64,000 bases of DNA from Amoebidium appalachense (GCA_963693365.1 CAVNZM010000002.1:2248259-2312258); one strand, 5' to 3'; positions 1 through 14,562 are shown, counted from the first letter of the stretch. Numbers and translations are program-made. The notes: generated by a model not told the origin, from the letters alone.

Positions 1-139
1 GGCAGGGGAGAGTGAAGACTTTGCTGTCGAATGGGGAGGGGAGGGGAGGGGGGGGGGGGGGGGGGGGGAGGGGGGGACTCCTTTTTTTTGGGGGGGGGGG
101 GGGGGGGGGGGGGGGGGAGGGATGGGAATTGTGAGTTAC

Positions 140-721
140 CAGTGGGTGCAGGTGGGTCGGTTGGAAGCACTGGGGACATATCGATGTGTGGGCCAGGGGG
201 CAGGCAGTTGAGTATGCGGTCCAGAAGGCTGTCGGACCGGAAAACTGGTCCGGCAAGATCCACGGTACGGTCTACCACCATGAGGGTGGCTATGCCGCCC
301 TCCTCCCTCCCCTCCTGCATGGCTGTGGGGTGTGTATGGTTGTGTTGTGTTACTGACATGTACTGTGTAGAAACAAGTTGGGGTATAGTGGGTGCCTTGT
401 GAAGGGAATTGTTACCAATCGATAAGACATAAAACCCAAAATGAAAAGCAACCGAGATCTTTGCTCAGTTCGGTTAAACCCGAGTTTGCTAAGGGATGCA
501 TGCACAAACTCAAATGGACTTTATGCAAGTGCATGCCTATTCATATGGCTAATACTTGCGCTGGTTTGCACGTGCGCATGCATATCCATTTACGTTCATA
601 CAGGTCATCATTTTCTATGGATCCATTAGTGCCTGTGTGTGACAATCGGGCAAGTTTCTTCTTTTTCTTTTCTTTTTTTGAGTGTGTATATGTGTGTGTG
701 TGTGTGGTGGTGGTGGCGATG

Positions 722-752
<31 letters not shown>

Positions 753-1780
753 GGGGGGGAGGGGGGGGGGGGAGGGGGGGGGGGGGGGGTCCGTGAACAT
801 ATACCCATAATCACTTGACAATAAGCCTGCTAACAGAAGGCCAAGCATGAAAGAGAGTGGACGAAGAGAGAGGAGCAGTAAGGAAGTGTGTGGGGGTCAT
901 GAGCGGAAGTCCTTTAATGCATATCAGCAGGTCTGGGACGCGAGGCAAGTAAGGGAAAAGGGGATTGGAAGAGAGGGGAAAAAAGAAAGGTGGGTGGGCG
1001 CCGAGGGGGGGGGGGGGGGGGGGGGGGGTGAGGAAGAGGGGATAATACCCCCCAGGCCCTTTGCCTGCAGGGCACGCAATTCTCTGACCAGCAGGGTGGA
1101 GGAATGGCCGGCAACAAAACACTCGGCCTGGACATTGAGCGTGTCCATCATCAGTGCCTGTGGGCAAAGTTTGGATTTAGATTTGTTATGGATATGAAAT
1201 GCACATTCACGACAGGCCATACCATGCGGATTCTGCAGAACGAGCATAATTAAGGTGCAAGCATCATACTTAGAGCCTATCCTCGAGCAAACGGGGCAGG
1301 GGGGTTGGGGGGGGGGGGGGGGGGGGGGGGGGGATGAATATCATGCCAAGGGGAAAACAGGGACACTTTCCTTGTACCCACTCTCCTCCTAAAAGCATGC
1401 ATAAATATGAGAGAGGGAAACACTTAAACACAAAAACACTTGATGATTAGGGGTACAACAACAAAGATCCCCCCCCCCCTTCCTTCTCCTCCCCATCCCT
1501 TCCCCCTTCCCCTCCCCCCCCCCCCCCCGGGGCAAAAAAAAAAAAAAAAAAAAAAAAGCCAGGCTGGAAAAACGGTGCTTGTGTATGTGTGTGGTGTGTG
1601 CAAGTGCAATCTGTGCACATTTGCACACCCAATAGCACACACCAATGTTGCAGCCAGTGACTTGTATTGGGCCTGCATGGATGGGGGCAGCATGTGGATA
1701 TTGACCCCCCCTATCCCCCCTACACTCGTCCCCATGGAGCTGCTGTGCCGTGAGCCCGCAACTAGTGTGCGGTCCATGTA

Positions 1781-1837
<57 letters not shown>

Positions 1838-2053
1838 GCGTGTGCGTGTGCGTGTGCGTGTGCGTGTGTGCGCGTGTTGTGTGTGTGTGTTGTGTGTGTG
1901 TGTGTGCATGCGTGCGTGCGTGTGTGTGCCTGTGTGTCGTATGTGTGACCAGGGGGGAAGAGGGTGAGGGGGGGGGGGGAGGGGGGGGTCGGTTCGAAAA
2001 GTCCATCCATCATAAGTACAGCCCATTTGTGTGTGTGTGTGTGTGTTGGGAGG

Positions 2054-2084
<31 letters not shown>

Positions 2085-2457
2085 TGCAAGAAGGGATAAT
2101 GACACCAAATCGTTGAATAGTAGATGTATGGAATCCAGTGTGGTGTTTCTTTGTACATGCTTGCACAAAGCAAAACAACATGGCAGCTTTGTGATACGCA
2201 ATCAATAGTACAATGGTAGTCATTACCGATATGTTCCCTACCTGCAATAGGTGTTGTGTCGGACGGGCAGAGGGGAAACATGTCCATAAATGCAGGGAGG
2301 AAGAGTGTGCCGGTGAACGGACTGCACCCGTACAATACAACGTGCCTGTATTTTGGCGCAAATTGTGTTAGCAATTCGGTAAAGTAGTGGTGGAACGAAA
2401 GTGAAAGATAAACCATACATGTCGCAAAGGGGAAGATGGGAAGGGTGTGTGGCAGGG

Positions 2458-2553
<96 letters not shown>

Positions 2554-3515
2554 GTGTTTTTGGGGGGGCTTTTTAGGGAAGACACTACGGACGAGGAAAC
2601 TGGTGCATGGTGAAATCAAATCGAGCGTATGTTTTAGGCGGAGAGGAGGATGAAAAGGGGAAAGGAACATGGAATGCTTTTTAACCTGTTCATACCGGCA
2701 AATTTCCCTAGATAGTCACGTCAGAAACACAGAAACAGATACAAAAGTATACGAAATAATGATATTCTCCCCAGACCAACTTAGAAACATATGTTGGTAA
2801 GACATATACGTGTCGATATTTACAATTTATTTGAGCTTTTTCTATCGATCTTGAGCCGCAATAGAGTTGTTTAGAGCTGTGTAGAGCTGGCCGGCTGCCG
2901 GCCAAATCAATTAGTGCCAGCCCGAAGAGGATAAGAATGACTCAAAAAGAGACTGTTGCAAATGATGGGTGTGTGTGTGTAGCGGATGCAATGGTGTCTG
3001 TGCTTGGAGAAGGAAGGCAAGAGGGTGATGGTGGGGAGGATGGGGGGGGGGGTTTGAGGGGGGGGGGGGGGGGGGGGGAGGGGGCTGAGAACTTACTGCA
3101 CGGTTGCAACTACAGGTATGCCTGCCCCCCAGTCCCCATCACCCCAGTCATCCCCCCACCCGTCCCCACCCTCTGCCTCTCCCTCTTTCTCTTTCGGTGC
3201 CTTTTCTTGGCCCTCTTGCTGCTTTTGACCCTCTGCCATCCACTCCTGCAAATGGAGGGGGGAAAGGAGGGGCCGGGGGGGGGGGGGGGGGGGGGAGGGG
3301 GGGGAAGAAGGTGGGGAGGAGGAGGAAGGCCCGGGGGGAGGGGAGGGGGGGGGGGGGGGGGGGGGGAGGGGAGGGGCGGGAAGAAAGAATATGTAAATGA
3401 GTACTTTAATTAGTACACATGATGGAATTCACACCATGCACGGGGAAGGGGAGGGGGAGGGTGGTAAGTTAGACACGAAATCATGGACACGAAGAGGCAG
3501 AGTTCCCTTTGGCCT

Positions 3516-3550
<35 letters not shown>

Positions 3551-4625
3551 TTTGCCCGGAGCAATATGATCTGCTCGTGGAGGCACATCATATTGCTAAG
3601 TATATTGTGCATTGAACTACATGTCCTAATGAAGAATGGTTGTATCTGCATGTCATGTATAGATTATAGCCCCCTAGGGTTGTTTGGAGCGTATGGCTGA
3701 TATAAATCAAGACTATACGACACCAAGATGGTTTCTGTTAGCTATCCACATGGCCAATCTGTGAGTCCCCCCCCCCCCCCCCTCCCCCCCCCTCCCCCCC
3801 TTCCCCAACCCCCCAAAAACCACACACCGCTCAACCCCTCACTACCATACCCTCGCCATAGATTCTGTCTCTTTGACACCTTTCATAAGGCATAATTTTG
3901 TAAATATTTGTCTGTGTTTTTTCCGTTTGTTTGTTTGTTTGTTTGTTGTTCTTTTTTGTGGGCGGGGCGGGGGGGGGGGGAGGGGGGGGGGGGGGGAGGG
4001 GGGGCAAAGCACTGTAAATGCTGAAGGCATAGAGGAAAGGCAACATATACACTCTTTTAGATAGTGTTTGGTTATGCAAAGCTTCTTTTCGATCAGGGCC
4101 AAGAACCAAATAACAGAAGGCGACGATTAGGGAGACGGAGTGGGTAAACATGCCGACACCAACAAAAGTGTAGGGATGAGGTTAGGGTGGGGTGAGGTGG
4201 GATGTGGGTGGGAACCGGGTGGATAGAGAGAATGGCCCAGGGAAGGGGGGGGAAGGGGGGCGGGGGGGGGGGGGGGGGGGGGGGGGAGGGGGGGGGTTGG
4301 GGAGAGAGGGGGGGGGATGGGGGGAGGGGGGGGGTGGAAAAGGGGGGGGGGGGGGGGGGGGGAGTATGAAGAGGATACATTCACGGCAAATGATTTTACA
4401 TCAACAGAACTCCCACAAATGTGATGATTGGGGTATGGGTATGTGTGTGTGTGTTTGCTGGGGGACGTTTAGAAGGTATTGCAGCGTACGAAGCACACAA
4501 TCATGACGAGTGACATAGTGCAGATTTAGCAAAGTACACACACGAAAAGTATGCATCATAAGCAAAGCTCGTCCTCGTGTGTTGGGTTTGGGGGGGAGGG
4601 AGGGAGGGGGAGGGGGGAGAGGGGG

Positions 4626-4656
<31 letters not shown>

Positions 4657-5532
4657 AGGTTGCACACCTCGTACTGTTTCTTATAATGTGCAAACGATTT
4701 GTCTGGCTGATCTGTTAATGACATAGCATCAAGTCAGTGTGCAACCTAGTGAACTATAGCCACCCAAGTAGGCCCTGTCGATCCCCATCAACAGATAAAA
4801 GAGAGGGAGAGTGGCAAAAAATAGAGCGGGAAAATGGGGGAAAGAGTCTGTAGGCCTTCCGAAGGGGGATGGAGGGGGGAGGGACGGGGGAAGACTATCA
4901 TCATAAGCATGAACAGGGTAGAGTTCTAAACTACATGGGGCAGGGAATATGGTTGAATTGAGGACCCGGGGTGGTGGTGCGTGCGCGCGCGCGTATGTGT
5001 GTGCGCGCGGTGGAGGGGGGGGAGGTTGGGAGGGGAGGGAGGGGGGGGGAGTTGGAGAAAGCAAGGGGAGGAGGGGGAGGATAAGAGGCTGCATGGGGGG
5101 GAAAACAGGTGGGGAGGGGAAAAAATCCATGTGTGTGTGGGGGGGGGGGGGGGGGGGGGGGTAGCCAAAACATTTATTGCTACAGACCAAAAACCGTACG
5201 AAAATGCCAAAGAGTTCACGGGGTCTACAAATAGGAAGAGGTAAACCTCCATAAGCACGAGAGTTACATCAACGAAACAACAGCACTCGCATCGATCAAG
5301 AAAACCACCCGGATGAAGGAACATTAGTCACTAGTGGGCAAAACACACAGTCACAACTTCAACTCTGTAAAGTGGGGACCAATAAAAAAAAAGGGGGGGG
5401 GGGGGGACGAGCATGAGCAAAAAATGAGCTAAAAAAAAAAAAAAAAAAGAGTGTAAGCATAGCAGTTTGCAAAATAAGCAATAGTGCTCATGGGGCTCCG
5501 GGATGGGGAGGGAGGTTTGGGGCGGGCGGGGG

Positions 5533-5564
<32 letters not shown>

Positions 5565-5999
5565 TGTACCGTGGCTTGCTGCAACCGAATGTGCCTGCTC
5601 ATTCAGTGAGCACAACACGTGGCAATCAATAAAGCCCCCCTTCGTCAGCAATTTGCGCATGCTGGCATCGTGCTCAAACAGAAATTTCGTAGACATAACC
5701 ACCACCTTCCCCCCACCCAGGGGCACAAGTGGCCCTGTCGGTCCAAATCCATCATCCTCCAACTGTGGGTGATGTGCTAGGGGTCAGGAAATTTCCATAT
5801 GTTGATCTATTAACGTACCCCATCCCTCCCCCTACCCCCCTCCCCCTCCCCCTCCCCACTCACACACCCAGGACACATGTACACACAAACAAACACACAA
5901 ACACATACACACACACACACACACACACAGACACACACACACACATGCTCACATAACACACACACACACATACATAAACACACACACACACAGGCACGG

Positions 6000-6041
<42 letters not shown>

Positions 6042-6911
6042 ACCCCCGCCCCCCCCCCCCCCCCATCCCCCCTCCCCCTCCCCCCCTCCACACACACACA
6101 CACACATCATGCATACCAACCAACTGCATGGATGTGAGCTTTTATTTCCCCTTCCCTCCCCCCTGCCCCCCCCCCCCTTTGTTTTTAAAAAACAAAAAAC
6201 AAAAAAAAACAAATCATCCCATGCAGGGACATAGACTCTCACATACCTGGCATACTGAAACAGCCCCGGCCTTTAGTAGCCCTGCCACACCACCCGGGAA
6301 ATCCCAGGCAATAAACTCTGCAGCCCCAGCATCTACGTAGAAGACAGCACCACTACGAGCACACTCCTCAACCTGTAAAAAAACAACCCCGGGGGGGGGG
6401 GGGAGGTGGGGGGGGAGGAGGAGGGGGGAGGGAGGGGGGTTTGAGAGGGGGGGGGGGGGGGGAAGAGAGAGCGAGGGGGAGAGAAGAGGTAGCGAGAGAG
6501 AAAATAGGAGAGCAGAAGGGAGGGGCGAGAAATGGAGAGTGTGTAAGTGACAGGGAGACAGAGAATTGGGAGAGAGAGGGGGGCGGGGAGGCGGGGGGCG
6601 GGGGGAGGGGGGGAGGAGGGAGGGAGGGAGAGGTGGGGGAGAGCGGGAGAGAGGGAAAGGGAGGGCGAGGGAGAGGGAGAGAAGGGGAGAAGGAGGGATG
6701 GGGGGGGAGAGACAGACGGGGGGGGGGAGGGGGAGGGGGGGAGAGAGAGGGGGGGGGGGGGAGAGAGAGCGGGGAGGGGAGAGAAGGGGGGGGGACAGAG
6801 AGGGGGAGAGAGGGGGGGGGGGGGGGAGGGAGGGAGGGAGGGAGGGAGGAAGGGAGGGGGGGCAGAGGGAGAGAGAGAGAAAGAGAGAGAGAGAGAAGGG
6901 GGGGGGGGGGA

Positions 6912-6943
<32 letters not shown>

Positions 6944-7653
6944 GGGGGAGGGGGAGAGAGAGAACAAGAGAAAGTGTGTGTGTGTGTTTGCGGGAGGGGG
7001 GGGGGGGGGGGGGGGGATGAGCGTGTGTTTGCGTGTGCGTATGTGTGTGTGTGTCTGCCTATGCGCAGTGAAGGAGAACGTGTACATGTTCACCGCACTC
7101 GCCTTTGTGCATACTGTGTGTGTGTGCATGGGTGTGTGTATGTATGCATAGGGGAAAGGGGACGGTTTGCTTGCGTATGTCACGGTGGAATATTGATCAA
7201 CGTTAGATGTCAACGATAGATTGATCGACGGAGACAAAAGTTGGGTAGGGAATGGGGGACTAACACGTCGGCAGGAGGTTGAAGGGGGAAGGGGGGGGGG
7301 GGGGGTAAGGGGGTGGGGGGTGGGGGGGGGGGGAGGGGGGGGGGGGGGGGGGACGACATTTCGAGAGTAAGCAAAGTAGGTACCTTGGGAGTGTGGCAGG
7401 GAAAAAAGACCGTATCAGCGCTCTGTTGGTGTGTGCGGGTACATTGCGAATACGGAAGCAGCATGCGAGCAATTGCAGGGGAGACGGATGCAGGGGGAAG
7501 GGGGGAGGGGGGAGGGTGGGGGGAGGGTGGAAGGTGAGAGAGGGGGGAGGGGGGAGGGTGGAAGGGAGGGGGGGGGGGGGGGGGAGGGGGGAGACCTACA
7601 GTCGACCAGGCGTTCTGTAGACCCGAGGCCAGAGGTGTCATCAAACGCTCCAT
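140..7653 (-). CDS. SCFD2: Sec1-family domain-containing protein 2 (SCFD2/MIP3-like), 5' part; gene continues beyond the left edge
   Basis: Phase-consistent GT-AG exons 7653-7600, 6372-6247, 5762-5570, 4711-4675, 3758-3724, 3121-3097, 2345-2242, 1761-1643, 1157-1049, 322-140. They give [41 protein letters not shown]...[12 protein letters not shown]...[11 protein letters not shown]...ECFVAGHSS...[31 protein letters not shown]. This is colinear with SCFD2 motifs as recalled (AVVYLDAACAE, LCEWMGN, PAFASLFPL, ECFAVG, VVFVDRTLDL...DNLVEKIISALP). Confidence 0.85.
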
Positions 7654-7870
7654 TTTCCTTGATATTATAATCCTGCACTGATCATGGTTCCTTGAAAAAT
7701 GTTTCTTTTTGGTAACCCTTGCGATATCTTGGGAGCTCGCTTTCCTACGTTCGAATTAGTACAGCAGATTTTGAACCCGCTGCTTCTGCGAAGCTGCCTA
7801 CTATTTGAGCAAAGGGTACTGCAGTATATAAGTAAATGTGTTTGTGTGTGCTTTTTTCACTATTCCTGAT

Positions 7871-7951
7871 GATGGCTCGTGCACAGTTCTTGGTGGCTGG
7901 ATGATGGCTCGTGCACAGTTCTTGGTGGATGGCTCGTGCACAGTTCTTGGT
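7871..7951. repeat. Three copies of a 24-bp core GATGGCTCGTGCACAGTTCTTGGT
   Basis: Copies at 7871-7894, 7903-7926 and 7928-7951, about 220 bp upstream of the SCFD2 ATG. Confidence 0.9.
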
Positions 7952-9343
7952 TGACCGAGATTGGATTTGTACATCTCAATCACACATATATCAACCTCGG
8001 GCCCTTGGCCATGAGCCCCAGCCTCCCAGCCTCAGAGTCCCAGGCCCTGCCCGGCCCCCGCATCAGAAACTGGGGGTCAACATTATTTACCCACCTCCAC
8101 CAATAGAAGTATTGCAGAGAAGCAGCTGTTGCATTCCGAAGTTCCGAACTTCCCAATGGAAACCTCCTACAAAAAATAGACCAAGTCAATCTCAATCGAG
8201 GCTCGCGCTCGAGGCCTCGAGCCTCGAGACCGGTGTGATGGGTCTAACCCCACAAGCTAATATAGCTGCGCACTCACAGACTCGTTTGATACTCTGTACA
8301 GGCGTCGAATAAAAAACGGATCTGCCTGCCGGTCAGGCCCGGACCCGCAAACTACACGTTGCGTCCATGCATGTGGTGTGGATCCGGGCCTGTTCCCTAC
8401 TAAAGATCTAGTGTGATCGATCATGCTTGCATGAGCCTACATATTGATGAGGATTTGGGCGAACCGAACCCGCTCCCAATGAATATGGTATAGCGCAAGG
8501 TTACACGTGTATATAATATAAGGAAATAAAATTCATTATTGAAAGTGTGAGATATGTACACAAGCAGTTCTGGCAAGGTAAGCGCAACCAAATTACATAG
8601 GCTGGTGCCAGCTGCATCACCGGTGCCGGCCCCGGCTGAGTGAGAGGCTCGAGAGCTCCAAAATCTCAAATGGAATGCGCACCGCTTGATGCGCCATAAG
8701 CCAATAGATAAGAGAAAGATTTTGACCACCAATCATCTTTGAGCTCTCAAATTGGCCAGAGCAGGGTCAAAACTTTTTGTTAACACCAACCACCACGTCC
8801 GTATCATCACCCCCCACCTGTGCCAAGCACCTGAAGCCAGCAACAACCTGAGAAAAGACGTGCTTTTGAAGAAAAACTTTGAAACATAGGTTTATGCCTT
8901 TTTACTTTAGCAATATAGCTGTTTTCTTTTCATGGGACCCCATATATGCAATAAATCACACTGGACATGCTGTAGCACACGCATGCAATATCCTGATCAT
9001 GACGCAGGCCTACTGGTAGCCCCTGAGTGCTGAGGTATAATAACAACCAGAACCAAAGAAGATATATCCCTATGCATGAACAGACAGAGAACTTTCAAGC
9101 TAGTGTATTCACATAAGATACCATACATCTGACAGTGAAATCAACCCAAACACGTTTATAATATCCATACATACTTTCGAATTTCAATCATGGCCCTGCT
9201 GATAAGTGGCTGAGCCCCAACCGGGCTATCACCACCGTGACACCTTTGATGCTCGGAATGATCCTTTTATTTTTTGCTAGTAATACACAAAGCAAATGCG
9301 ATTGTCACATTATCAACCAGTATAGTTTTAGCTTAGTTTATAG

Positions 9344-11094
9344 ATGGAGGAAACCAGTTCTTTAGAGCCCACTGTGGTGGCTCTAAACACCGACCCAGTG
9401 CACCACCCACGAAGACGGAAAACCCCACCTGCACCCATTGCTTACACCGTTCTAAAAAAGTACGAATCAACAGACGCCGATTCCGGGGCCGAAGAGGTGC
9501 ATCCTGGAGTAGCTTTTAGGGAAGGTGTAAGCGTAATAGAAAGCGTACAGGATATTCTTGATGCACACATCCATACGGTAATCGTTGAGCCACTTAAACC
9601 CGACAGTCCTACATTCCACAACACACCTACACACTCGGGAGATGCACAGGACAACGGAATAAGGAAAACCGGTAGCATCAAGAAAGTAATAGCCCAGCAT
9701 TGCAAAGATAAACTCATGCCCCGCTTGAAACGGACTGCATCACTCATACTTGGTGACAAGGATGCTTCAAACCACGATGGAGATGGTGGCCACAGCAGTG
9801 ACGGGGATGTGAGACATGGGCAAGCACAAAGCCCGAAAAGCCCATTCGGAGGGCCCATAAGGCCAGGGACAACAGCGAATCCAGACAGCCCACAAACACG
9901 CGCACGCGCACATACCGCAACACGGTTCGACCCAAAGGTGGTTGTGTTGCATAATGGATCGCACACGCACGAGCAATCTCCAATGGTACACCCTCGTTTT
10001 GCCCGTCACAGTAGTCTTCCCGATCAAAAGGCAAACGTGGAGCAGAGAAAGAGCGAGCCCAGCCCTCAGCTAGCACACAAGGTGATTGCAGACCAGCCAC
10101 GTTCGCAAAGCCTTTCTAGCTCTCCGCTTAGCAGCCCACGTCTGACTCATGAGGCACGATCAGATACTCACAACAGACGCCCGGTTTCCACATCGGCAGT
10201 TTCCGTAACACGGCCAGCATCGAGCCCACAGCTTCCGCACGTTGCACCAGCTGCCGAGGACGGTAATGCAGTGGCACGCTTTTCGTTCGCACCACCGTCC
10301 AAGCCCTCTCGTTTTTCGGGCGAGGCATGGGATGGGCGACCGGTGGGGACAATATCACCCACGAAGCAGGGGGGTGATATAAATCTCGCCCAGGTGCGAA
10401 AGAGCTCGGCTCATTCCACTGACTCACGGAGACTAAGCGGGCAGATTTCCCCCGATCTTATACAGCAGGTATGATTTTGTTTGCCCCTTGTCAGATTTTC
10501 CTACAAACGAATGCACATGAACTCTTACGTTGCAGCCAGGAGAGGTCATCCACATGTGTTGCGCATGCCTCACACACACACGATGGCTTGCCTACCACAG
10601 CACCACAAGCACATCATGTATGAGCACCTGCAAACACTGAAGCGTGTGGTGTGCATTCCACAGCCACCAACACCAGTCATTACTGACCTAAACACACAAA
10701 TACCGGCACCGCACACATTCACACACAAACACCTAGATTGTGGCATACTACTCCACCCACATACACGTGCACGGGCGCGGGCCTGCACACACACCTGCAC
10801 ACATGCACACATGCACACACTCACAAGGACACCCACACACAAGCACACGCACACATAGACACATCACACAGGCACGAACACGGGTGCACCCTCATCGACT
10901 GTCCTTGACAATGCCATTCTTGACATATACATATACACATGCGCACGGCAAACTCACCATACACACACACGTACACCGGCACATAGTGCTTCATACACGC
11001 ACACGTGCGCGCGCACGCACACACAACACACAACACACACACACAAACACCCCTCGGTATACACATTCGCACACACAAACACAAGACACACACA

Positions 11095-11130
<36 letters not shown>

Positions 11131-11495
11131 CGCCCGCGCGCGCGCACACACACGCGCACAAAAAAAATGGGGAAAAAAATAAAATAAAAAACACGCACGA
11201 AAACTTTTACAAAGAGAAATATGCCCCCCCCCCGCCCTCCCACCCCAGCACGACCCCTCCTCCCTCCTCAGAGTCCCCATCCACTCACACACGCACACAC
11301 CCACACTGTATACGCAGAATGTATAGCCTGCATGGTGTTTTGGTGGTGCAAAACTTCTGCTAAAACATAGAACATCTGCTGCCAAGCAAAAACAAACACC
11401 CAACCAGAACTCTCAAATCACTTAAAATGCGTCTATGAGCTTGCATGTTATTGAGGGAGGTGTGCATGTAAACGAAGGCTTGCATGACAAGCAAG

Positions 11496-11526
<31 letters not shown>

Positions 11527-12458
11527 CCCGGGGGGCGTCTGTGCATCCGCTAGCCTGTTTGGGAATCCCCCTGATAATGGGCTATGTTCAAGTGCATTTT
11601 CCACTGCTGTTTTGCCTTTTATAACCAAAGGTTATTTCCTATGTTTATGTGCGTCCCCCTCCACCTGCCCTCACCCCCTCCCCCTTTCTCCCCGCCTCCC
11701 CCCCCCCCCTCCCCCCCCCCACGGAGTGTGAGCCTTACCACCTCCCAAAATCTCCCAACCTCATTAACGGTATATTTTGCCCAAAATCTACACAGGATGC
11801 CGCGCCTTCACATTCCAGTGATACGGCACAACTTTCACCACGTATGTCCACCGAAAAGCGCCCATCAAGCCAACTGGCCCAAGGGCTAACGAGCCAACGC
11901 CACAGTAGCGGTGCCACTATCTCCCAAGTGCGAAAGTCCACTTCGGCCGAGAAAACTGCAATGTCTGTTATGCCCACTACCACGGGCAGCCAAGCGGTGC
12001 AAACGGACACGGCTTTCGTGGATGCAATCGGGGATATGTTTTCGTTTTTGACGGCAATTGACTCTGGCAGCCAGGGGGACGTGGGGGTGTCGGGTGATTG
12101 TGCAGTTATTCCGAGTGAACAGGCTGGGCCGGCAAAGGTATGGGAGATCTGTGTTACTTGTAGTCCCGGGGGAGCTCTTGTGGAAAATGGAAATCTTGTG
12201 ACTGCTGCTTCCATTCTAATGCATATTTCCTTTGTTTGACAGCTGGTACTACGGATGACCCCCATTATACACCTAACATATAAGCGGACACGAGTGCAGA
12301 AGTACATACACCCAAGCAAGTGCGAATCCATCCATACGCATGCACATGCATCCACACACACGCATGCATTCACTTCACCGCACGTACAAGTACAACTGCT
12401 CCAGATCCCACACCCACCCATACACACCCACAAGCACACCTGCACACATGCACGCACG

Positions 12459-12518
<60 letters not shown>

Positions 12519-12758
12519 CAAACACAGACACACACACACACACATGCAAACACACAGACACACACATAGACACAGACAACCATATTCACACTCGCACACA
12601 TGCACACGATTATACGCGCGCGCGCGCGCGCACGCACGAACACGCACACGCACACGCACACGCACACGCACACGCATATGCACACGCACACGCACACGCA
12701 CACGCACACGACACGAACACGCACACGCACACGAACACGCACACGTACACGCACACGC

Positions 12759-12803
<45 letters not shown>

Positions 12804-13179
12804 AAACACCACTCCCCTCCTTAGGGTGGGGCAGGGGGAGGCGTTTCCAAAGTCAGCAATATGTGTCCGCACAAATGTGTACATCGTGCTGTGCAGCACA
12901 TGTTAAAACCCTCCCCCCCAAACATACAGGGACCCACCGAACCTCGCGCGGGTGCCACATTACAGCGACGGGGGAGTGGTGCAGCCCAGGCCAAACTCCG
13001 CATACAAGCACCTGCCCAGCCAAGCACAGAGACACAAAAAACCGCACCCACAACCCTCCATGCTGTTCAGGCAGGAACAGATGCCCCCAGAAAACCAAGC
13101 CTGGGGTTGTTGGCTGGCTCTACAGTACAGGCGTCTGGAGATCAGAAGGCAAGTTGGGGTTTAAAAAAAAAAAAAAAAA

Positions 13180-13216
<37 letters not shown>

Positions 13217-14113
13217 GGGGGGTGGGGTGGGGGGGGGGGGGGGGGAGGGGGGGGGGGGAGGGGGGGGGGGAAGAAAACTTCTTGTTGTGTAAAGCTGGTT
13301 GTGTTTTTTCCACACAACATTATGTCGAGCAGGTCTAAAGCTGCAGGGTCCTGGTTTTGACATGCCTATATCCTCACAGTTCAGACTCACACATCAGGAA
13401 TGCCCAGTTGCAGGAAGAAGGAGAGGAGACCATTGGGAGTGGGTTAGGGTGTGGGTGGTTGAGCGCGTGGATGGGTGAGGGCCGGAGGAGGGGCAGGGGA
13501 AGCGGGGGGAGGGGGGGGGGGGGGGGGGGGGAGGGACTAGACACAGTAATCAATGGGAAATAGCTGTAGCCTATGATAAAGCAAAAGATAGGAGACAGTT
13601 AAATGTATCGTAAGGGGGAGGGGAGGAGGTCGAAAGGGGGAGAGACGTGTGTAGTAAGAGATTTGGAAGGAGAACGAAATTCTCGAATATAACAGGAAAT
13701 AAAGGGCAAAGGGCCTTGCGGGCTTTTCTTTTTTCTTGGATGGGTGGTGGGGGGAAAGGGGGAGGGGGAGAAGGTGGGGTGGGTGGGTGGGTGGGGGGAG
13801 GGGGGGGGGGGGGGGGGGGGGGGGGCACATATGTGTACATGACTGATATAGCATAGATAGTATCGATACAACAGCTTTTGTACAGACAACACCGCACCCT
13901 CCTTTATTACCAACCAATACACCCATTTACTTCCTCTCCCTCCCCCTCCCCCCACCCCACCCCCCCACGCGCACACACACACACACATAAACATATACAT
14001 ATGTGCATACACACACGAGCACCACGTACCTGAAGTTCTACACATCCGCATGCGCACAAACACTCATACACAGTATCACTGAACAGATTCCCCCCCTCCA
14101 CCCCCCTCCCCAA

Positions 14114-14177
<64 letters not shown>

Positions 14178-14237
14178 CATACACACACACCTATGCCCCT
14201 GCAAACACCAAATCACAATCACTCACTCACTCACCAG

Positions 14238-14333
<96 letters not shown>

Positions 14334-14382
14334 ACCTATGCCCATGCAAACACCAAATCACAATCACTCACTCACTCACCAG

Positions 14383-14466
<84 letters not shown>

Positions 14467-14516
14467 ACACACCTATGCCCCTGCGAACACCAAATCACAA
14501 TCACTCACTCACTCAC

Positions 14517-14562
<46 letters not shown>

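Noticed and set aside
3850-3910. Candidate extra SCFD2 exon (...[14 protein letters not shown])
   Set aside because: Not needed for phase, and the 4675/3758 junction gives the better family match.
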